Of a stretch of 64,000 nt of DNA, positions 37,760 through 55,156 are shown one piece after another. The stretch spans positions 63,178,001-63,242,000 of the forward strand of contig OX597823.1 in the NCBI GenBank assembly GCA_951406725.2, given 5' to 3'. Within the stretch, counting starts at the first letter, position 1. Every line of letters begins with the position of its first letter. The notes under the pieces are model-generated. The model ran no database searches, was not told where the DNA came from, and was given only the letters and a program-made list of their open reading frames with translations. This stretch comes from Octopus vulgaris (taxonomy: Eukaryota). A program made the translations under genes and the position numbers.

Positions 37760-38030
37760 CTTAGTGACTGGATATAAAAAGCACTCATGTTGCCATGTTG
37801 GTTCTATTTACAAAGCACCCATGCTGGTGCCATGTATATAACACCTCTGTTAGTGTTACATAAAAAGCACTCAGTACACTCTGTAAAGTGGTTGGCATTA
37901 CGAAGAGCATCCAGCCATAGAAACCATGCCAAAACTGACAACTGGAGCCTGGTGTAGCACTCCTGCTAGCCAGCTCCTGTCAAACTGTCCAACCCATGCC
38001 AGCCTGGAAAATGGATGTTAAATGATGATG
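37760..38030 (+). mobile_element. RTE 3'-end fragment
   Basis: AAAAGCAC repeats..CCAACCCATGCCAG..(GAT)n. Two more copies meet tail-to-tail at ~38700-39190. Confidence 0.75.
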
Positions 38031-39224
38031 TGAGGTTCAATCTCTGAGGATATTAGTCCTTATACTAGTAGGTCTAACCCTTTTGTTACCAAATTTTTGT
38101 TGAATTACGCTACTTTTATTTAATTAAGTTTGAACAGAATAAAGAATTTGGTAAAATAACTTTCTTTTCAAGCTGGTGTTTGGAATTTAAATTAACTGAA
38201 ATTTTGATGGCAAGTTTTAATTTAGATAATTTTAAAATAAGAAGTTTATATCATAGAACCAAAGGCCATTTCATCATCTGGTTTAACACCTTCATTGTTC
38301 CTGAAGTGGTTGAAGTGGTTGACATATTTCATTATCTTATTTGGCAGTACTTGGCCCTAGGATGCCTTTATCAGACTCCCTCCACTCCGTTACAGTCACT
38401 TGGGTCATGTTTCCAATCTAAGGATAACTTCCCTTCATCTTACCTATTTCTGAGTCCTTGACAAACATCAAGAGGACTGCCCTTCCTCTGCTAAAAAGAC
38501 CACCAAAACCAAAGGATGATCTGTGGTTAGTTATGCTATTTCTCAAGACAACTGGTGAGAAAACAGTTTTATTAACTTTTTGTTGGGGATGGAGGTGGTT
38601 GAAAATATATACTCTAGCCTTTCATCACCTAACATAAAACTCTTCCCCTCTACTGTTGTCCCACTCAGTTGATGGGGATCTGAATCTTTCTTGTGAGCTA
38701 AGCACCCTGTACACTTTGTGAAGTGGTTGGCTTTAAGAAGGGTATTGAACCATACAAATCATACCAAAGCACACATTGGAGCAAAATGCAGTACTGAGAC
38801 CTATTGGATCCTGTCAAATTGTCCAACCCATGCCAGTATAGAGGACAGATGATAAAAACCATGGTGATGATCATCATCATCCATTTTCCACACTGGCATA
38901 GATGGTTTGACTGGAGCTGGTAAGCTGGAGAGCTGCACCAAGGTCCAGTCTGTTTTGGCTTGGTTTCCACTGCTGGATGCCCTTCCTAATTCCGGCCACT
39001 CCACAGAGTGGACTGGGTGTCTTTAACATCTCAGTTGTCTTTTTACATGTCACTGGCACTGGCCATGACCACGATTTCACTTAGCTTGACGTATCTTCTC
39101 AAGCACAGCAAATTGCCAGAAGTCTCGGTCACTTGTCTCAGTGAGACTCAACAACTGAAGATCATATTTCACCATCTCATTCCATGTCTTCAGATTGTTG
39201 ATTTTGTTCTTTATTAAAGCAGAA

Positions 39225-40200
39225 AGGTGGTGCCTTTCATCCTTTTGAAGTTGATAAATTGAGTACCAGTGAAATATTGGGGTCGATATAATTGACTAAT
39301 TCCCTCCCACCAAATTTCAGGCCTTGTGCCTATAATAGAAAACATTATTATCATTATTAAGGCAGCGAGCTGGCAGAAACATTAGTGCACTGCACGAAAT
39401 GCATAGCAGTATTTTGCCCATTGCTACGTTCTGAGTTCAAATTTCGCTGAGGTCAACTTTGTCTTTCATCCTTTAAGGGTCGATAAATTAAGTACCAGTT
39501 GAAGACTGGGATCGATGTAATTGACTACTCCCCTCCCCCCAAAATTACTGTGCTTGTGGCAAAATTTGAAACCATTATTATTATTATTATTATTATTATT
39601 AGTAGTAGTAGTAAGGTCGTGAGCTGGCAGAAGCATTACTGTGCCAGGCAAAATTCTTAGTGGCATTTCTTCCAGTGCTTCACAGTCTGAGTTCAAGTGT
39701 CTTTTGTCTTTTCAGGGTCAATAAAATAAGTACCAGTTATGTAATGGGGATGGGGTTCAATGCAATAGATTTAGCTTGTTCATCAAAATTGATTTCCTTG
39801 TGTCAAGATCAGAAAGTATTATCATTATTATTATTAGTTGTATTAAGGCAGTAGATTATTATGATCATGAGAGCATCTGACAAAATGTCTAACTGTCTTT
39901 AGTTACAACTTTTTATGTTCTGAGTTCAACTCCTGCCAAAGCCAACAGATTGCCTTCCATTGTTTCGGGATTGATAAAATAAGTCAAATACTGGGGGTCA
40001 ATGTAATCAACTGTTCTCCTCCCCTGAACTTTTAGGTTTGGTACTTAGGTTAAAAAGAATTATTTTAAGGGCTGTAGATTGGTAGTCACTAGAACATTGG
40101 AGAAAATGCCTCACGATATTTCTTCTAACTCTGTATGTTTTGAATTCAAATCCTGCTGAGGTTAACTTTTTGCTTTACATCTTTTTGGGATTGATAAAAT
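39225..40200 (+). repeat. Head-to-tail cluster of family-B SINE copies
   Basis: Repeated GAGTTCAAA..TTTCATCC..GATAAA..AGTACCAG units separated by (ATT)n. Confidence 0.8.
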
Positions 40201-43200
40201 AAAACACAAATACATGGGTAGCAACTGTTATTTCCTGTTTGTGTGCCTCTAGAAAGTATGTAAAAGGGCTAATCTCTCCTTCAAATTTTGCTTTTGTTTC
40301 ATTTATTCAAATCCCAACGAATCCCTCTCGACACATGGCTATGATGCTCCCCCACTACTCCTGCTCATGATCAGAGATGCATGTACTGTCAACCACTAAG
40401 GGACCTGCTCAAGTGGTTAAGGTCAAGCAACTGACAAGCAAATCTGTGGTACTGAGCTGAATATTTGCTATAACAATATTTCTGCTTCAGCAACTCAGCA
40501 CTGAATCTGTCTGTCTGAAATGTGATGGAAAATAGGTCAGTCTCAAAATGTTGATGTTCAGGTCACAAAAGCAAAGTTTGAAGGAAACAGTAGTCATTTT
40601 GTTTAATTTCTAGATAGAAGCAAATAGAGAATAAAACTTTACTAACCAAAGACAAAAAAAAATATATAAAATTTTGTTACACTGTAATCAATTTAAGTCC
40701 CTCTTGTCAATGTAAAAATGCTGGCTTTGTGTCTAAATTAAGAATAGTTATCATTATTGGTAGTAATGTGTTAAGTTAGTAGTTTGACAAACTTGTTAGA
40801 GTATGAAATAACATGTTTTATGGTATTTTGTTATATCTCTTTATATTCTGAGTTCAAAGCCTGCTAAGGTCAACACTTCGGCTTTCATTCTATTGGGGTT
40901 CATAAAGTAGAAGTGCTGGAATCAATTGTTGACTAACCTTTTCCAACACGATTGCTAGTCTTGTACTTGAATTAGAAATTATTATTGTTGTTGTTATTAT
41001 ACTAGTGAACTATTATGACAGCTTTATTAAACCATTACATTCTGTAAGCCACAATCCAGCATGGCACTGCATTTGTCTGTCAGCCCTATATTGCATGAAA
41101 CTGCATGAATTGTATGCAAGCCATTAATCATGGTCAGGGATTTCACTTGCTGTCTACTTGTGCAGTAGCAGGTTACCACATATCAACCTTGTGCACATTT
41201 GTTTTAAATGAAGTTAGGAACTCTCTAAGGAAGAAATCTCTTCCTCTTTCATATATTTAACATCTCAAACGTTATTTACATCAACCCGTGTTGCTGAGTT
41301 TCTATGATTTTCTCAAAAATTTTCTTTGAAAATTGGCCGCTAATCATTTTCTGAGCAACACTGTTTTCAATGAGGCCAAATGTAATGCTTATTTATTCAC
41401 ATTCTTTTGAATTAATCAAGCATTATCCTGTAGCTTCAAATTTTTGATGATAGCATCGTTTACTTTTAGAATGACATTATAAGATAGGTGTGAGAGGCTG
41501 GATTTGGTTTCTTCAAACATAAAACAGAAAGACTATTTGAATTAGATATCGTTGGATTAAATGCTGAATGTTAATCAATTAATTAATAGCAGATAAGGTT
41601 GTTGACTTTGGAAATGGTAATCAGAATATTTTTTTCCTTCCATGTACACAAGTGTTTGCTTTGACTTTGATCTATATGGTTTTGTATCAAGTGACTCAAA
41701 TGAAATATTACCTGGACACTGGACGTTTTGCAGGTGTTGTTGTTGTTCAGGACACAACATGAAGCCTGTTGAATGTCCCTCACCATTTTTTTTTTCATTG
41801 TGTTTTCATTGGTATGCTTGTCCAACAAACTAATTTTTATATAGAACAAAAGAGAAAGGTCAACTTTGTTTCTACATGCATTGAAATTCATAGCATACTT
41901 GAGTATATTGTTTCTGATGATGGTAGCAGCTTACCTGTAAATTTCATAAGGATTAAACTGTAAAAATGTCAGGGAAAATTTTTTTTTTTTTTTGTGAGAT
42001 TTTTATGTCCAAAGCTATTACTAATTTAATTCATTGCTATCCTTTTTATCTATTTTTAAGTGCATCAGCTTTTTAATTACTATTAACAACCACACATGTA
42101 CAACATTGTTTTGAGTATAACTGACTATTTATATTATTAAATTTAATCTTTTTCTCAATACTGCCACTTTTTATAATCTGACCCTAAGAAAAGATGCTTT
42201 GACGCATTTGCATAGACAAGTCCATTTTTTGGCATTTTCTGTTCAATCATTGCAGGACTGAACTTTTGATTCAAAAAATTTTCAGCAGGATATTAAAAGT
42301 TAATTAGAAAGTATGCTGCATTAATTTAAGATGACCTTTGATAAATTTCTTACCTGAAGATTTTACATTTTGTATTTACTGGCAAAATATTACACTTTAA
42401 TTTTAACCAAAAGGTTGAGATCAATAATTTGTTAATGTAATAGTCTGTGACATCTGCTAAAGATGGTATCTCACAATGGTATACAAACACAATGGTATAC
42501 AAAAATCTGTCATCAAAATGACAGATTTTTAGTTATACATTATTTGCTGGTCTACTAAATCATTTATTGATAGCTGTAAAGATTTAACTAAAATGATTAA
42601 ACTATAGGAGTATTACAATAATATTTACAAAACAGTGAAAAATTTACATGTGATTATCCTTTTTCCAGACCTTTTATTACAATATTCATAGAAAAATTGT
42701 GAGTTCTTAAAGATTTCATTGTTTTTCTGTTATTTATCAGTTTATTGACAGTATTCCTAATTCTCATTATGCTTCAAGCAACACAAAGCTAATTTCTTTC
42801 TTTAGCCCACTCTTATTTTAATTCTCTCACTCACTCACTCTTCATTTGTTTGCCAGTTAGCACAGTGTGATAAACACCATGTTCTTTCACATACTTTCAT
42901 TTTACTTCTATGGTCACTCCTTCACTCTTCTGTTTGTTTGACAGCTTTCTATGTCCACACTACATCTTTACTACGTCAACAAATGAACACATATTGCTAA
43001 TTACTTGGGTGATTACTTTTTAAACTTAAAAATTGCTTGATTTTAATTTTATTTTCATATTTTTTAACCTTTAGGGAGTTCGCTCTAGTTTTGATTACTT
43101 AACAATATATGAGTATTATCAAACCAGTTAAAAAAAGAAGAAAAAAACCATCATGGAGATTTATTATAATACAATATGGTACATTGCTTTGTATTTGTAG

Positions 43201-43329
43201 GCCCAAAATTCCTGTCTTTTGCAAGGATTTTTTTCAGCATCAAAAAACTGCATTCAACAGCAGCTGATGTTGCTTGGCATTGTATAGGATCTGCACTATC
43301 CATGGGTGAAAGTTTGGGGTTCATTAGTT

Positions 43330-44530
43330 GAATTTTTGAATTGATTTGTTTTTTTTTCTATTTAATCAAAAATCTATGTAACTCATGGTGCAACATGAGT
43401 CTTCATTGAATTTCAATTCTTTGGAGGTTTTGTAAGCATTGTAGATGGGGAATGTTGTTGATTCAGCTTTCAAAATCAACTCTTTCAACTACAGATAGTT
43501 TGAACAGATTTGGGTGAGATTAATCCTGATTTCACAATGTCTTTCACTCTCTTCACCAAAATGCCTTCATCTTCAAATCTCTCTGCAATTTTTGTAACTT
43601 CTGCAAGGTTCTTGGCATAGTAATTGCAGGCATCCAACCCGCTCCACCACCTGGTCACAATTGGCTGAGTGGGGTATCCAATTGTTTTGAATTGCTCGTG
43701 TTGGTAATTTTTTCTTTTTTAAAGTGCAGCCTTGATGGTGGCAACCAAACAATGAACTGCTGGATAGAAAACCTTTATTTTTAGATCACCATTATGCAGT
43801 AGGTGGGAGAAGCTAGTTATATGGAAGAGCTTTGGATACATAACTTGCAATGTTTCTCCAGGAGCTACCATTTACCAACTAGCATCAGACAATAAGAGAA
43901 AATTTTCCCTTAGAACCACCATACTTCTTAGGGAACCATTGATGATCTGGGCAATGACTGCAGCAGTTAGAGCTGATTGAAGTAGCAAACATTCTATTAA
44001 GAACAGTTTTATAAGGATTTTTAACTGAACCAATAAGTACATCCACAATTGTTTGTCTTCAATCTGACTTTCATCATACATTTTGATCACTCAGGAATCT
44101 CTTGCAATTTTCAACTGTGTTTGCACTATGCATATCAACATATTTTCAGCATGTAGATTGAGATGTCAGTGACTTATTGATAGAATCAAAGAGGCTTCTT
44201 CAAACTTGGATTAGTGAGCTTGTGCAAAAGAATGTCAACCTCAACAAATGCTTTGGTCACCATTGCATCCAAAGATCTTTCGTTTTCAGTAAATTCAAAC
44301 AATTTCATCAGTGGCTGTTCAATTTTAGTAGTCTTTTAAAGATAGTTTTGATGTTTTTTGCTCATTCTATGTGACTCAACAAAATGCTTTTTGTTGCATT
44401 TGACATCAGTGAGGCACAGTATGTTGTATGACTGGTTATTGTGAGCCAATACAAATTCTTTTGAAACTTTTTCTGTAAATTCAAGGGTTTTTACCTTCGG
44501 ACTTGTTTTTGGCTTTTGTATTTGAGTCAA
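43330..44530 (-). pseudogene. Degenerate hAT-related (CGGBP1/DUF659-like) transposase
   Basis: N-terminal BED-like LC..VKCNKKHFVESHRMSKKH; DES; FLLLSDASW*MVAPGETLQVMYPKLFHITSFSHLLHN; PIVTRWWSGLDACNYYAKNL; many stops and frameshifts. Confidence 0.75.
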
Positions 44531-46202
44531 AGAATAAGAAAATTATAATAATCAGAATTAAAATTACTTGAAAATAGAAAAAGCAGCTCAATAAGACAAT
44601 AACAAAAGAACTGTACAATCAACTTCAAAAAGATCTAGCATCATAACAGTGAAAAAAAAAATGATTAAATTCAATTAACTTCAGATAAAAATTTGCATTA
44701 TAGTTTAACAAATTTAAACAATACATAAAAAATATATATTGAAATATTATTGAGAAACCGCTGGCATACTGTACATTTATACATAGTGAAATGAATAGCA
44801 AGGAAAAGTTAGTTCCAATGGGAAATTTAAAATTCCTTAATAACAGTTGCAAAGAATTAAAACCTTAAGCAAATACAATTATAATTGGATGGTAATAAAT
44901 AATTCTTTAAGAGGCCTGTTTCATGAATCAGAAAAAAATGCAAATAATCAATATTAGTATTTGGTATCGATCACCAATTACTAATATTGGTAAGATTACC
45001 TAGAAGTTGGAAATTTGTCTTACAGAAAATCTATACAGACATGCTAGATTTTTTGTTTGTGTTCAAATGACAGGATACACATGGTGTTGAATAATTTTCA
45101 ACATTGAAGGGTAGGGAAAGCCATTGAGAATGCTAAAAATAGCTCCAAAGTGGTAGTCCAATACAGCAACTCTACTAAAAACTAGCAGAAATATCAAATT
45201 TAGGTTTAATCAGTACATATAAATATATATGAAATGAATTTGTTTATTCTTTTTAGTATCTAATAAAAAATGTTCTTTTTTCTTTTTGGTAAAATTTCAT
45301 TTTTTAAACTTTATTGCATGATTTTAACTTTATTTAATTTAATAAGTGATTAATTACTATGATGAATTGTAAAAAGAGTTTATCATCTTTGGTTTTAACC
45401 TTGAAATGAATGTTTTTATGAATTTTAACTATTTGGCAAAAAAAAAACTGTATGGATTATCTTCTGTATATATCAAGTCTTTCTACAAAGGACAATCGAA
45501 TAATTGACTAACCAGTAGGTAACTCATGGTTTGGACTGTTTCACACTTACAGACAAAGGATTCTACATTATGATTCCTTTTCACTTGGTACAAGTTTGGT
45601 TAAATTCAACTGGGATGCCATGAAAGAATCTCCACTTGCTTCATGTGCACTTCATGTTCTGTAACAAAATTTTCTGCTTGTTCCATCTTCATATCTGGCA
45701 TTTCTACTTATGAGCCCCTTTATAGATACTATTTTATTTTGGTAGACCCCCTTAACCATTTGATGCTTAAAGACTAGTTCTACAGATACTTCATTCAAAA
45801 TTCCTATTTCGTTTATCACACATTAACTTGTGCAGGTTGAACTATACAAAATGTTAGAGGAAGAAAATTAGCTGTTCCTTGCAATAAACACATCTAAAGC
45901 AAAAGTTTTTCATAGACCCTTAATTTACTACTGTGGATCTCCAACTTACTATTTTGCTTACGTGGATCCTCCAGAAGTCTTATGTGGACCCCGGTTGAGA
46001 ACCACTGAATATTGACCAAAGACATACACGCTATGCAACATGCATACTACATGCACTTGGGTGATCCAACTGCATACTCACAACATGTGCATACTACATA
46101 ACATGTATGTAATTTGCATGTAAACACTTCACCACACACACAAACTCACAAAATATATACACGGTTATAAGAACTCTTATTCCTCTTATGAACACAGCTC
46201 AT

Positions 46203-46280
<78 letters not shown>

Positions 46281-46418
46281 TTGGCATTAGGGAGGACATC
46301 CAGCTGTAGAAACAATGCCAGATCAGACTAGAGCCTGGTGCAGCCTCCTGGCTTCCTAGATCCCAGTCGAACTGTCCAACCAATACGAGCATGGAAAACA
46401 GACGTTAAATGATGATTG

Positions 46419-46463
<45 letters not shown>

Positions 46464-47029
46464 GTTCTGTGGGAAATGTAGGGGTGAATTTATTGTGAGT
46501 TTATGAATATATTCAGTTCACATACACACACAATCATCATCCTTTTAGTGCCTAATTTTCCATGCTTGCAAGGGTCAGACATAATTCATTGGGGGAAAAT
46601 ATTGTTTCGATGCTCTTCCTGACACACAATGGCCTTCTCCCGCGATGGGCAAGTGTCTTCTGTATCTTCAGGTCAACCAAAGCTTTGATAGTGGATTTCG
46701 TTGACAGTAACTGAATGTCCATTTTTTATGTGTGTGTGTTTTGTGTGTATTCTTGTTTTGACATGATGTGATGGTTGTAAGTGAGCATCACTGTTATATT
46801 AGTGATGGGATTTTTTTCTTTATTTTGTTTTCTTTTTCTCCATTCTTCCATGTAAAGCTTGTTTGACGATGGAGAAATACTGCTTGGCTTGGAAACAAGT
46901 AGGGTGTCTGACCATTGAAAATCTGCCTCAACATATTCTGCCTGACCATATTCTGCTCTGTAGATGTTAAACAATGATGTTGATTTATATATATATATAT
47001 ATATATACATATATGTATATATACATATA

Positions 47030-47895
47030 CAGGGTGCAGTGAATAAATTGTCGTCTAAATTACACAAAAATGAAAATAACATTGACATCTCATTTTAACA
47101 AATATATTTACCAAAATTACATAAAAATATCTTGAAATTCTAAAGAGCAAATTTATTCAATAAAATCACCATTGCCTTCAACCACTCTCTCCAGATGTCT
47201 TCGGAATCTGCAACCCTTCTGGACGGTCTCCTTGTTTAAGTTGGTGAATGCTGTTGTAATACTTACCTTCAGTTCATCTTTGGTGTTACAAGGAGTTTCG
47301 TTGGTCTCTCAATTAACTGCACCCAACACATAGTAATCAAGGGCATTGTAGTGTGGGGAGTTAGGTGGTCAGATGTCTGGGGTGATGTGGTCTAGGAAAT
47401 TGTCTGACAGCCAAATTGGGTTCTTGTGCTTGTGTGGCATGGTGCAGAGTCCTGTTACCAGACACAGTCTTTCAGCAGCCACCCTCTAGACCCAGGGCAG
47501 CAATACTTCCTTCAGGCATATGATGTAGGCCTTGGTGTTGAGTCTGAGACCGTGTGGGAAGATGAATGAAGGCATAACATTGCCATCATGAGTGATCACT
47601 CCAAACACCATGATGTTGACTGGATGTTTGATTTTTATCACTCTCGGTACATGTCCTCAGATTGACACCCAAACACTCTGAAATGTTTGTATTGGCACTC
47701 CCAGCATGAATGCCAAGCAGTACAGCATGTTGTTTCCAAATTTCTGGCTAAGTGAATTGTGTCATGGTGCTGTTTTCTAACAGACAGTGCCCAACTGACC
47801 CTACTCTACTGTATAGTCGACAAAATCCAAAACAAACAATGCTCATATGCAAAATTAAAAATATAAAATGGTAGCAATTTACCTATCGCACCCTC
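47030..47895 (-). mobile_element. Internally deleted Tc1/mariner-superfamily maT (DD37D) element
   Basis: TA then CAGGGTGC..AAATTG TIR; right end CAATTT..GCACCCTC. Minus strand reads QDSAPCH ... PPNSPHYNALDYYV with 37 residues between the last two Asp after one frameshift correction. Confidence 0.85.
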
Positions 47896-48497
47896 TGTGT
47901 GTGTGTGTGAGAAAGAGAGAGAGAGAGAGAGATCTGTCTCTTCTCTGCCCTGCTTTTCTCCATACATAGTTTTTAGCTTTTGTAGATCATTTTTCTCACT
48001 ACACCCCACTACACACACACACATTTTCTCACTTACTCACTCACTAACACTCTCTCTCCCTCCCCTGTCACCTGTTTATTAGGACCATTCACTCACCTGT
48101 ACAAAAAGTTAACCTATCATCAATAAGCTGACTCTTATATCTGTCAACTCCATCCATTAAGAAAATAAATCAATATCCTTTAATTAATCATCAACCTTTT
48201 ATATCTCATTTGCTCAGTTATTCTCATTGTGCTACTGTCTGTTGTCTGTCTGTCTGTCTACCTATGTTCCTATATGTCTACCTATGTCTGTTTGTCCTGT
48301 ATCTGTCTACCTTCTTAACTGTCTATCCTTATAGTTATTTCTATTCATCTATCTCTTTATTTTTATCTATCTTTATCTTCTCTATAGTTATATATATTTC
48401 CATCCTTGTCTATAATCTGTCTATCCATCTTTATCAAGCTCTCCCTCTCTCTCTCTATCTATCTATATATATATGTATCTATATATCTATCTATCTA

Positions 48498-48550
<53 letters not shown>

Positions 48551-49014
48551 ATGAGCAGGCATGGATGTGAGGTAAAAAGGCTGCTTGCCAGCACATGGTT
48601 TCAGGTTCAGTCCTCTATATAACACCTTGGGCTGGAGTCATCTACTATAGTCAGTCTCAATCCATGTAAAGCTTGTGTGTGTGGGAATATTGTTCCAAAC
48701 TTACAGGGAAAAATCCAATTTAGAAATACTAAATCAAACTTCAAAAAAATATAATATATTTATATAAATTAGAAAAAAACCCCCACCTTTTATCAATTCA
48801 ATAATGAAAAATTATATACCATTTAGAAAAATTACATCTTATAGAAAGATTAAATATAAGATAAAATATATGATAAAATATATAACAATGATTAAGTAAT
48901 GTGTAAAAAAATTAATAAAACATATTTTAAATATATACGTTTTATTAATTTTTTTGCACATTACTTATATATACATTTTATTAATTTTTTTGCACATTAC
49001 TTATATATACATTA

Positions 49015-49618
<604 letters not shown>

Positions 49619-49675
49619 TTCCTATATATTTTCCTATATATTTTTTTCCTGTGTAGAAACACCACTCCCTCTTTT

Positions 49676-49766
<91 letters not shown>

Positions 49767-49768
49767 TA

Positions 49769-50279
49769 GCTTTCTAGCAACTGCTATTTGGTGCATGAGA
49801 GAGTTCGATGCAGCTGCCCTCATCTGCCCCTCCTGCCGTGAAGTTGGTTCATCTGGGACACCTGACAGGAAGAGATCCAGCTCCATTTTAAAGACATCTG
49901 TATCCACCCCATGCAGGTCTCTCAGGTTCATCGGGAGGATATTGAAGAGCTGTGGGCCTCGGAAGCCCACGCTATCACAGAATCTTGTCCTACATCTTGA
50001 TGGCAAGTTTGGAGTCCTAGGCACCACGCAGTGTCGCCCAGTTCTGGCGTTTGCGTAACTCTCGATGCCAAAGTTCAGGACACTTCCCTCCAGGATCTTC
50101 CAGATGTATATTATGGCATATCTTTCCCGCCTACGCTCCAGGGAATATAATTTTAATCTCTTGAGTCTTTCCCAGTAGCTTACATTCTGCATAGAGGCTA
50201 TCTTCTTCGTGTAGCTTCGTTGGATCGCCTCAAGTTCTGTGATCAACTTGACACTGGATGGTGACCATAGCTGAGAGCA
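49769..50279 (-). mobile_element. CR1-group LINE ORF2 C-terminal fragment, stop-free
   Basis: [57 protein letters not shown]; bounded on both sides by (TA)n. Confidence 0.88.
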
Positions 50280-54442
<4,163 letters not shown>

Positions 54443-54513
54443 CAAAAGAGGGAGTGGTGTTTCTACACAGGAAAAAAATATATAGGAAAATGTTTTGTTG
54501 AAAATGCACTTAA

Positions 54514-55115
54514 ATTTCAGAAACTCATAAATGTTTAAAATACATTTGCTTATTTTCTGTTTAACAATGGTAAAAGTGTAAAATTAGAAAAACATCCATA
54601 TAAGTTTCAATAAGGAAACCAACCAAGCAGAACTACAAGCTTGAAAGAAAAAATCATTAATTTTTTAACGAATCAAAATCAGGTCTGCTTGCAGAAAAAA
54701 TTTATAAATACATCTTTCCCTAAAACATACCATTGCAAGTTGAAGCGACTGTTTAAAGATCTGAGAAACTATAATTTCCCCCTCTTTTTACTATTTCAAT
54801 TCTCACACTGTTTTTCTTTTCTTTCGGTATGGGTTGTTGACCACCACTGAAATTAATGAACCTTGTACATTCTAACAAATTAATATACAGTTTTAATTTC
54901 AGACTTATACATTCTGTTTTGAACATGATAATTTATCAACAGTGAAACATTTTAATTTAACAACATTGAAACATTTTGATCTGTCAACGTTGAAACTTAT
55001 AATGATGTTTTTCTAATTTTACACTTTTAACATTGTTAAACAAAAAATATTGTTGAAACTAGTTTGGTGTATTATGTAAATAAATGTATTTTAAACATTT
55101 ACGAGTTTTTGAAAT
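54514..55115. mobile_element. Unclassified long-TIR (fold-back/MITE-like) element
   Basis: ~100-bp inverted arms 54514-54610 and 54990-55115, with short internal tandem units near 54938-54996. Confidence 0.6.
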
Positions 55116-55156
55116 ATATATATATGCCAACAACAATGTGTATATATATATATATA

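Noticed and set aside
43075-43180. Strong + strand acceptor as the next host exon
   Set aside because: In the required phase 1 it reads GSSL* at once and has no good donor; at most a poison or terminal exon.
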